Position numbers and translations under genes: made by a program. The notes beneath the pieces were generated by a model that was given only the letters and a program-made list of their open reading frames with translations, was not told where the DNA came from and did not search any database. A stretch of DNA of 63,991 nt, counting the filler, from Bigelowiella natans CCMP2755 (Eukaryota > Protista > Cercozoa), in assembly GCA_000320545.1 (NCBI GenBank). It is 6 parts of 6 records of this genome, joined end to end, with 100 filler letters (N's around TTAATTAATTAA, not from the genome) between each part and the next. Parts side by side here need not be neighbours in the genome. Positions count along the whole stretch, not along the records: positions 41,955 to 60,496 come from ADNK01001794.1; positions 60,597 to 62,726 come from ADNK01001407.1; positions 62,827 to 63,991 come from ADNK01001133.1; 3 more parts are not named here. One strand, 5' to 3'. Of the stretch, positions 54,770-63,991 are shown in pieces; position 1 is the first letter of the stretch, and each line of letters starts with the position of its first letter.

Positions 54770-55510
54770 TGTGCTGCTATGATCCAATCAATTCTCCATG
54801 CTGTCCGCATCCAGCAATCGCTGCTATGCTTCATAGCAGTCATCATATAGCAAATCTGTAAAGCTATGGTTTTGCTTTAAGGGCTAGCAATCACGGCAAT
54901 GCACTTATCAGACTTGCTGAGCTTTGCGCGTGCTAGCGTATCGTGCTGTAGGTACGACACATGCACGCTAGCACGGCCAAAATATGTCGACGATCGATGG
55001 TGTTGTTGCTCAGCTGCTAGAGTTGCCATGCTAGCTAGCTCGGCACTCCAGCACTGTTAGTTGGGCCGCCCATTGCTGTCCACATTTGCACATGTAGCGA
55101 GCAGGGTGTCCACTAAATGTTACGTTGTTGCTGACACATCACTTGCTAGCTAGCTCTAGAGCTATATCTAGATATACTAGTACACACACAACAACATGCA
55201 CACAGCGTAACATGCACAGACACATGCTGTGTTAAATGCATAAAAACAGCAGCGTAGCGTCGATCTTTATATGTAGCTACATGCACTGTGTAGGAATAAA
55301 GGTAATCTGGCATGAGACTATAGCTAGCTAGTAAAAGACCAGATGACAATAATAAAGTATTATACATGACAATTGTATCATATTCATATGCCTCTAATCC
55401 GCCATTCTAGACTGTATCACACCGCTAGTAACACGCGCAACGCCCCGTCCATCGATCGGCCCCAGTGAATAGCTACAATATAATGTTACATAAAACAACT
55501 TGCTGCATCG
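54770..55510. other. Palindrome-rich intergenic block G (convergent HDAC/securin-like spacer)
   Basis: 55025 gccatgctagctagct; 55144-55180 tgctagctagctctagagctatatctagatatactag. Confidence 0.85.
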
Positions 55511-55733
55511 CTTTGGTTGAAAGCATCATCATGATTATTCTTTCATTTTTTCTGTATATAGTTGTTTGTTATATTGATTTTCAATATGGTGTAACACATC
55601 TCGCTTCATTTCGAATGTCTCTTAAGATTAACTGATATAGAAAATAAGTACATGTTGCCCTTCCTCACCGTACGCAATCAAGAATATCGAACATGTTTTG
55701 AAATCTCCCTGTGAAATATACACCTTGATCCTA

Positions 55734-56354
55734 TCAGTCGTCAAATAGTGCAAATTTTGAAATATCTTCTGCTGATATCTTTGCATTTGAAGGTATCTCT
55801 GCTACGGCTGAAAGTTGGTCAAGTTCATCGTCCCATTTTAGCAGGTCGAGGTCCTCATGCTCCTCTTCTGCTGTAGATTTTGCAAGTTCACCCAGTCTTT
55901 CTTTGAAATCATCTACATTAAAATTGCTCTTGAACGTGGGTTCTTTGTAATTGCTTCCATGAGCATACTCGATTTCCTCTTCTGTAATTGCATCGATTTG
56001 TGCCATTAAACTGGAAAGATTTAGATCAGCCATAGCTTTTGCCATCTTGGTTCCTTCCTGTCGACCCATTGCCAGAGATTTCTTGTTAGAAATAGACTTT
56101 CTCGCTGATTGGTTGTTCGTAACATCGCGCAGGCCTCTCCGGGCGCTACCAATCCGTTTCTTCGTGCTACTTCCACCCCCTTGTTGACTCCTTAAACCTT
56201 TCAGAGGAAACTTTGTTGGCTTTGGCGTTTGGATATTCACATCCTTTACGATACCAAATTTTCTTCCCCGACCAAGGCTTTTCTTTGCAGACAGAGTTGT
56301 GCCCTTTCTGGCTTTGTAGTCCGGGAACACATTGAAGCCGCGGCTGACTTCCAT
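55734..56354 (-). CDS. 206-aa disordered APC/C-substrate-like protein, candidate securin
   Basis: Intron-free ORF; basic N-half with FNVFPD (ABBA-like) and RRGLRDVTN (D-box); acidic C-half with EEIEY. Confidence 0.6.
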   Translation of the reverse strand: MEVSRGFNVFPDYKARKGTTLSAKKSLGRGRKFGIVKDVNIQTPKPTKFPLKGLRSQQGGGSSTKKRIGSARRGLRDVTNNQSARKSISNKKSLAMGRQEGTKMAKAMADLNLSSLMAQIDAITEEEIEYAHGSNYKEPTFKSNFNVDDFKERLGELAKSTAEEEHEDLDLLKWDDELDQLSAVAEIPSNAKISAEDISKFALFDD

Positions 56355-56929
56355 TGTCCTCTATCCGTTGGCCTGTACACTGATGACATAAAACATCCCC
56401 ATATCAACACTGCGACAAGCAATATTTGAATAAAACAGAAAATATTCGCGTATGATTTACAGGTACCAATTCCATGAAAATTCTGATTCATTGTTGTCGC
56501 TTCACTTAAACGGTATGCTATATTAACTGACATCTTTTAACCACGAAAATACCGGTAGTAACGGGTACTGACCTATTGTTCTTGATCTTGAATCAAATCA
56601 TGGAGAATGCTTTCAATGCCAGGCGATGTGCTCCTTGTCACATCCTTGCGGGATCGCACACTGCAAATGTCTTGTTACATTTTGGAAATGTAGTTCTTTA
56701 TCATTGTTCATTGTTCATTGTTCCAGCATCTGATTTTGACCGCATCATGAACATTTGCAAAGGCGAGGAACATCCTCAGAGAGTTTTCGCACACAGGTCA
56801 TTCCAAAACAAGTGGGTTCCAGTTTGTTCCACAGTGCCAGCGTTCGATTCATCAGCAACGGCTGGGATCTCCACGTTGAGTCAGTCTCATCCGCGCCGAT
56901 CGAAACCATCGATGTTTGACAATGTCACC

Positions 56930-57600
56930 AAAGCACACCAAGATGGACACGCAAGAATGTGCGCTTGCAATTGGGGAGGGATTTCTCTCCATTTTCAAGT
57001 TGTGTGCATTCGAATTGTGCACGTGAAAAGGCTAGTAGGGTGGAGGCGGCTCTGGGGCCACACGTCTAGACGTGCGCATTGTGGCATGGCTGGCGCACGT
57101 GCGTGAAAAAAAACCTCTAGACCTGGAAAGCAGTGTTCTCGTGCGTGTCATCAGACACACAGCCGGCTTTGTGTAACGCACATTGCTCATCCACGCAGTG
57201 TCAGTCGCAACAAACACGACACCTGTGACACACCGTCTTCTAGTCTTGTCAATTCGCATCGAAACATCGAAACACAGGTTTGGAAATGTGTGGTTGCATG
57301 CGAAGAAGTTGTTGCACATTGACGTCGCGTGAGAGACAAGTGCAAGCATCGCATGCACATGCGTATGGCACAAGCATGCGCAGCAGCGTTCCACGTGCTA
57401 GTAGCTCAAGATTGCTTGTGCAAAAAAAGCTCGCCAACTCGCGCTTGCTGCTTGCAGGCTACCAATGAATATTTTGGTGCGTACACCAAACTGTGGTTCC
57501 AGTGAGGAGCTAGTTAATTGTACTACCTGCCAAAAAACGTACGTAGCAGGTAGTGTGCCACGCTAGCACGTCTACGCCCGTGCGCTCCACGCATAAGATA
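56930..57600. other. Palindrome-rich intergenic block H (downstream of ADA)
   Basis: Dense tgca/catg/cacgtg/ctag, e.g. gcaagcatcgcatgcacatgc, ccacgtgctagtagc, cacgctagcacg. Confidence 0.7.
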
Positions 57601-57666
57601 AGCCTCACATTTAAAGTAGCCTCTGATCGTTCAGCTTTTATTAGAGTGGTTATTTTGACAGGTAGA

Positions 57667-58352
57667 TCATTTGAAGTATTTATCCATCACACGCTGCCGT
57701 GCTTTCTGTGGAAGGAAGGATCTCTCTACGGCGTATTTATTCGTCTCTTTCAGCTCTGCGCCATCGAATCCCAACTCGTCGTGCCATAGACGATACTCAC
57801 CTTGCAAATCTGCGTATATGATATCCACAGGAGCAGGCTTTATTATAACTCGAGGCACAGAATAACGAGAACGCAACATGCACGCGAAGAGATTGTACAA
57901 CATGCTATTCTGAAACACACACGCGCACGCGCACATAGACACGTACGCATGGGCTGCATAAAGTTTAAAAAACATCGCAAGGAATACACGCAATCACCTA
58001 AAGACATGATTCCGGGGTCATCAGTATTCACGCAAAGAGGAATGCCTGAATACAATTTGTGCAGCAAATCACAATGCAAAGTTTCATTTCCCAGTGGAAT
58101 CGCCCTTGATCCAAACTACCATGGTGCCAGCAAGGTGCCGATGGCTCTTTGGACCAAAATGGTTAGATTAAGTCTTCTCCTTCTTCTTTACTTCTTCTTC
58201 TTCTTTTCAACTACCAAAATTCCAAAGCGTTCTGGCTGGATGGGCGCCCATCGGAAAGCATCCACAAAGGTAGTTGGACGACACAGATATCTATTTGTTT
58301 TCATTTTGAATACAGCAAAACCAAACATATACACAAGATCAACATATACAAG

Positions 58353-58394
<42 letters not shown>

Positions 58395-58612
58395 ATAGGT
58401 ATAGAGCCAATGATATCACTTTTAGATGCAAGGGGGCACATACAACATACCTCTAGGAGTACATCATGAGCCTTGACAGCCTCCATTGCGCGAGGATCTT
58501 GGATTATTTGAACCTTTACCATCAAATATATGTATAAATATATATATATATAACAGACACACACAGCCTCACGCATTGAGTAAATATGTTGAGTACAGTA
58601 GGGGAATTTTAT

Positions 58613-58672
<60 letters not shown>

Positions 58673-59811
58673 TCATGCTGTAGTATTTGTATGCTTAGGC
58701 ACCCCATGCCCAATGCGTGATGCTCCGAGTTCCTCTATTGCTTTCACCGCGTTGAAAGGATGGCCTTCAGACATTATGGTGGTGATGATGATGATGATGA
58801 TGATGATGATAATGATGATGATGATAATGATGACGATGATGGTGATGATGATGATAATGCTGTTCTTGACGCTTTTGACCTCTTTAAATACATAGAGCAG
58901 AGATCTGTAATCGTACGTATGCATATTGATGTTGGTGCAACCTGTGTCTTTGTCCTCAGAGGCATGGCAAGTGATTGGGATTCCCGCATCACGCACCCTC
59001 CGGAAAGGTGCCGTCCTTTCATCACAGCGAAAAGAAGAGCATACGGATGGTATTTTCTCCTCCGCACAGGCTTGGGTTGTGTATCGAAATGTTCTCATGA
59101 TTATTGCCCCCCCTCCCTCGCTGACTCATCATCATCACCATCATCATCATCATCACCTAGTATAAGCAGCAGTAGTAGTAGCAGTAGTACCATTGTGTGA
59201 GTTCAGTCTCAGCGCCAGCTAGATCAAATCCAACGAAGGCCTGGAACATGGAAGAAGAAGCAGCAGCAGCAGCAGCAAAGAAGAGGTATATTAGGCTGAG
59301 CTTGTTCATAATAGTTTCCCCAAGGACAGGTTGATGTTATTGTGTGTTCTTTCCTCTTCCTCCTCTTCCTCCTCTTCTTCTTCTTTCTCTGGCGCTACTT
59401 CTGCATGCGAACTACTGGAGGAGGGGGGGGATAGATGGGCAGTTTACATCTCTGTTCTCGAGCAGGAAATCGACGGTCTTTTCCATCTCTTCTGGGCCTG
59501 AAGGAAGGAGGGATAATGGGGTAGATATATAATAGCGTGAAAGCAATGTGCAATCCATTGTACCCGACAGCTGGTAGTGATGCTGAAACTACGATTAGTC
59601 TCTCTAGCCCTACCACTACAGCTATCATCGTCATCATTATCATTATCATCATCATCATCATTATCATTATCATCATCATTACCCATAGCGCCAACAGCAA
59701 TACAGAGCAAACCGACCTAGGTAGTCGGAATATATATTTGTACAATGCTTTTGCGAGTATTGCTGTTCTCTCCTCTCTCTCAACTGACTGTGCAATTATC
59801 TACCGAGAGAA

Positions 59812-59849
<38 letters not shown>

Positions 59850-60125
59850 ATGGTAACACGTGTCCCCTGATCGCACGTATTGCTTTATGTATTGATTTCC
59901 TCTAATTCGTGTTTTAATTTGTAATATCTCGTCCGCGTGCAGTTACTTCTATGTCGTACAGCTGCTTCGCTTGCCTTACACCCTATTATGTGGTGAACAC
60001 ACGCCATCCATCCGCAGGATGGTATATCATATCACACAACTCTACATACAACACACGCATGTACTAAGAGAGAGAGAGGGGGGGGGGGGGGGGGGGGGGT
60101 TACAGCCTAGTAGGATTCGCGCATA

Positions 60126-60161
<36 letters not shown>

Positions 60162-60268
60162 TATTTATTTATTATAGTATCAAAATGTTGAAGATGGCAC
60201 CGGACTGCTATAATATATTTTGCACTCCTTTTCTTTGGCAGTGGAGGGAGGGCCGGAGAGACAGAAAA

Positions 60269-60317
<49 letters not shown>

Positions 60318-60377
60318 AGAGAGAGGCAGAGAAAGGAGCATTACCTTTAAGTTAGGGAAGGGCTTGTCCGTTAGCAC
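57667..60377 (-). CDS. ADA: Adenosine deaminase family protein (5' end lost in gap)
   Basis: VGFDLAGAE / PFRRVRDAGIPITCHASE / AIEELGASRIGHG / AMEAVKAHDVLLE / GIPLCVNTDDPGIM / ELKETNKYAVERSFLP...YFK*. Confidence 0.9.
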
Positions 60378-60496
60378 CTATGATCAACAAATTTTTTACT
60401 GTAATTCAATAATATACACGCACGTCGCCCAAGAATGATGATAATGATGATGATGATTTCTATTTATAATGCTCCTCCATCATCATCACCATCATC

Positions 60497-60596
60497 NNNN
60501 NNNNNNNNNNNNNNNNNNNNNNNNNNNNNNNNNNNNNNNNTTAATTAATTAANNNNNNNNNNNNNNNNNNNNNNNNNNNNNNNNNNNNNNNNNNNN
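60497..60596. other. Assembly gap with TTAATTAATTAA linker
   Basis: N run with linker. Confidence 0.99.
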
Positions 60597-61175
60597 TCGA
60601 TGGGTACTTTCGTCACGAAGATTTTCCGCTCACAAGACTACAATGCTGTTTTGTGGGTGCTCAACAAGGTATTACACCACATCCTGGAGATCATCCGTGT
60701 TATCAGAATAATAGCAGCAGCATAAATAGTAGCGCCTTCTTCTTCCTCTACCCCCCCCCCCCCCCTCCCCCCCCCTCAATTTTTTTTCTTTTTTTTTTCG
60801 AAATCAGTTTTTTAGTGGGGGGACGATTTTTCAGCCCCCCTCTTTCCGTAATGCGTCTGGGGAAATTTTTGGGAGGTGTTAGGGTCTCCAAAACGCACAC
60901 CCAAACACACAAGCAAACGGAAAAGCACAAGCAAAAGGGCACGGACACGGAAGCGCACAAGGGTAAGCAAATGGTCACCAAGGAAAAAATTTAACATGGA
61001 TGTGTAGTATAACTGGCAATGCTTAAATTCTAATCGTATAAATGCAGGGATTTCTTGCGCCGAAGAAGATCGATCCTCGCCTTCTTGACCCATCCCACGT
61101 TTTTAAAGAGTAGTGACGATAAAATAGTAGAAGAAGAACGTTTGTTAGATTAGTTCATGATGGTAATGACGATTG

Positions 61176-61227
<52 letters not shown>

Positions 61228-61986
61228 GCTGGTGGTGGTGCTGGTGGTGGTGGTGGTGGCGTTGTTGGACGTTTGCCGATTCTGTCATCATTCGTTGCAA
61301 TACCCTTGCTCGTTGAGAACATGCACACCATTTTATATCTACAAATTGCCGCACTCTTCGTGCCAATGCAGCAGGCATTTCTGCTTCTTCTTCTTCTTCT
61401 TCTTCGTCTTCGTCTTTCTTCTCCTTCTCCTCCCTGTCCTCCTCTTCATTCTCCTCTGCAGCGTTTTTGAATTGTCAATGTTGATGGAGATGGTACATAA
61501 CAACAACAATGAAAGGGTTCTGGACGCAACGACCTCAGAAGGACCGGACGTCTTCCATCAAAAAAGTACCGAATCCTCTCTTTATCGTCTCCCTTTTTTC
61601 GTGAAGAGAAAGAGAGAGGGAGGGAGGTGGAATGGGGGGGGGCGCCGAAGGCAATGAAATGCACTCAAATTTCCGTTTGAATTCTCACGATAACTATCAA
61701 TTGACGCACTGTCCTCTTATTCGGTTACGCAGAAGCAAAACGGCACAGAGAAGGGTACGAGGAAGGCGCCACGCTTCTCTACAAGGAAGTCGAAGCTCTC
61801 GATTTCATCAAATCGGAAGTCCCTGTGGACATGCTGGGGAAGTACAACGCCTTCACCTTTAAGGGAGATGAAAGTGCCAAACTTAAGGTGAGGACATCTT
61901 GCACAGACGACGACGACGACGATGACGACGACGAATGGTGCTCCTGGTGGATGCAAAATGCTGTCAATTGGGGCTCTTTTCGCCAT

Positions 61987-62020
<34 letters not shown>

Positions 62021-62480
62021 GTTATCCTGCTGATGTTAGTGCTTGATGATGCTTCTTAATTGGTATCATCATAATCCAGGAACATGATGAGACGTCAGAG
62101 GAGGTTATCGCTTGTTGTTCGGACCTGAAAGTGCTAGGTAGCTCATTCTTCATGAGCAGCATAATCATCATGAGCATCATCATCACCGTTATCTCTAGTC
62201 ATAAATGCAACGAAACCAATGATGACTCACGATGAGATGATTGCCGTCGTCAAGAGCAAATATAGACTCCATCTTCAACTGGTTCCCCGCGTAAAAAAAG
62301 GCGATATCATTCCTCTCTGATTCTTCGCATATGTTTTGCATCCTGACAGGCAAGAAGGACTTCAGCAATCTGCTCAAATGGCGGATGAAACTCCGGAAAA
62401 AGTTTGCGGAGGCACGAGCCCAGGAGAAGAAGCAGCAAGATGGCGAGGGGGGGGAGGAGGATGAGTCCGAAGGAGAAGAC
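60597..62480 (+). CDS. SPB1: rRNA 2'-O-methyltransferase SPB1/FTSJ3 (internal exons only)
   Basis: GTFVTKIFRSQDYNAVLWVLNK / GFLAPKKIDPRLLDPSHVFK / RHREGYEEGATLLYKEVEALDFI / [32 protein letters not shown]. Confidence 0.93.
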
Positions 62481-62530
62481 GTAATCAAAATTTGTGTGTG
62501 TGTGTGTGCGTGTCACATTTAACACAGTTT

Positions 62531-62577
<47 letters not shown>

Positions 62578-62726
62578 TTATTATATATATATATATATAT
62601 ATCGCGCACACACACACACACACACACACAGTGTCACAGACTTTGGGCTCGTGCTCACGCCCTCCCGCGCGCTCTCGCTGTCTCTCTCTGTGTGCGCGTG
62701 TGTGCGCGCGCGTGCGCGCGCGCGCG

Positions 62727-62826
62727 NNNNNNNNNNNNNNNNNNNNNNNNNNNNNNNNNNNNNNNNNNNNTTAATTAATTAANNNNNNNNNNNNNNNNNN
62801 NNNNNNNNNNNNNNNNNNNNNNNNNN
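62727..62826. other. Assembly gap with TTAATTAATTAA linker
   Basis: N run with linker. Confidence 0.99.
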
Positions 62827-63991
62827 AAAAAAAAAGAGAAGGGCTAGGGTTGGTCCAGACGGCAGTGCCTGATAACGTACGATCGGTGGGCTATGTAACC
62901 TTAGTGGAGTCGTATTGGGAATAGGTACCCTTAACATGAATGGCATTAATTCTGTTAAGGGATCCTGACCCTGTAAAGCGAGTTGTCACCATTAATGGTG
63001 AAATCGTAAATTCATACCCCTGCAGCGTCGACGTGCTTTCGGCGACTGTCGTTACAGTTATGGGGATGGATATGCCTCCGATGGCGGCAGCTCCCGGCGA
63101 GATTTGTAGTATGGATACAAATGCCGTGGGAGAATTGCCGGGGGAGGAGGAGGTGTCGTCTGTAGTTCGAAAAGAACTACGTAATACAGTGGATCATGAT
63201 TTCGTAAATAATCATGATGATATAATTAAAGCACAGGATTTGCCTGATATCGATGTTAAATCGATGGCAAATCCCATCGAATCTGATGGAGTGCTTCTCC
63301 AGCGGTTATCCAGTATTGTACCGTTGTCGGAGTTTGGCGACCAGCGTGAGGTTGCTAACTCAGACTTGGTAAGCGGGCACGTGCTGGACATGCTTGATCG
63401 CCTGGAGCGCGAGATGGTTACGAAGGAGAGCTTGCTGCCTGGTTTACAGCAATTCTATTATCTTCGTACTATCATATGCCGCTTCCGGAAGTATTTTGTG
63501 ATAAAACTACCGGAGGTGGGCAAGTATAAATTACGGGAACCGCATGATATTAAGCGATGGCTGAAGCCGGGCTGCAAGCCGGTTCGCCAGCGGCCTTATC
63601 ATTTGGAGCCGAATAAACTTAAGCTTATGAAGCTCAAGCTCGACCAAATGGTAAGTGATGGGTTATGTTATAAGGTAACAAATAATACTTCAGAGTGGGC
63701 GTCGCCAGCTTTCTGTGTATATGACAAAGGAAAAGCATTACCACGCGTCGTGGTGGCGATGGGCCGCCTGAATAAGCTCGTGGAGCTTATGTATGCTGTT
63801 TGCCCTGTAACTCGGGATACAGTAAGAAAATTAATGAATGCTCAATGGGTTATAGTCTCTGATAGTAAAGCTGCATGGAGACAGCTTGGTATGACCGAGT
63901 TTACAAATTGGTATTTGTATTCGTTACTCTTTTCGCGTCATTCGCGAGCGAGGGCCTACCGATGGGGTACAAGAATGCTCCTCAAGTATGG
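62827..63991 (+). mobile_element. Ty3/gypsy LTR-retrotransposon pol fragment (protease end to RT), frameshifted
   Basis: Intronless frame from ~62940: KPVRQRPYHL...LDQMVSDGL...SEWASPAFCVYDK...RVVVAMGRLNKLV...VSDSKAAWRQL, then after a shift at ~63915 VFVTLF...LPMGYKNAPQVW (RT MPFGLKNAP motif). Confidence 0.88.

Noticed and set aside
60790-60885. Disrupted SPB1 exon (garbled KPPSSRNASAEIF) suggesting a pseudogene
   Set aside because: Homopolymer-rich, low-quality sequence near a gap; the flanking exons are intact, so sequencing error is more likely.
72-62778. Numerous 60-200 aa ORFs of YIYI, CVCV, ERER, poly-H/poly-M type, and C/H/M/A-rich ORFs inside the palindrome blocks
   Set aside because: Translations of microsatellites, antisense strands or biased composition; no protein-like motifs.
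24775-62826. Repeated TTAATTAATTAA 12-mer in five places
   Set aside because: Always centred in a 100-nt N gap; it is an artificial all-frame-stop scaffold linker.
1-63991. CRISPR arrays, tRNA and rRNA genes
   Set aside because: No repeat-spacer array or recognisable structured RNA gene seen by eye; small ncRNAs cannot be excluded without covariance-model searches.

Overview
Gene-dense, intron-rich nuclear DNA from a unicellular eukaryote. It has GT-AG introns packed with microsatellites and five 100-nt scaffold gaps carrying a TTAATTAATTAA linker. A bipartite signal + transit-like leader on one gene hints at an alga with a complex plastid, but the taxon cannot be established from the sequence. 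Most ORFs in the supplied track are microsatellite or antisense noise, so genes were rebuilt by hand across splice sites. In order: the last exon of an unknown gene; an SGNH-like hydrolase; a TBC Rab-GAP; a GST; an RDD protein with a mitochondrial-type leader; a large pentraxin/SPRY/LamG protein; a membrane-anchored PH+RGS protein; a WCGHC thioredoxin/PDI; an Rdx (SelW-like, CxxC) protein with an unknown neighbour; SRP68; HDAC1/RPD3; a securin-like protein; an adenosine deaminase; SPB1/FTSJ3; and a frameshifted Ty3/gypsy pol. A 717-bp TA-flanked MITE is also present. The most striking unexplained feature is eight ~0.7-1 kb non-coding blocks saturated with CTAG/GCTAGC/CATG/TGCA palindromes, with a recurring CATGCTAGCATG. 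They sit downstream of gene 3' ends in tandem and convergent spacers and are absent from all three head-to-head promoters, making them a candidate termination/boundary or DNA-modification domain. All splice models and block boundaries are by eye and approximate.
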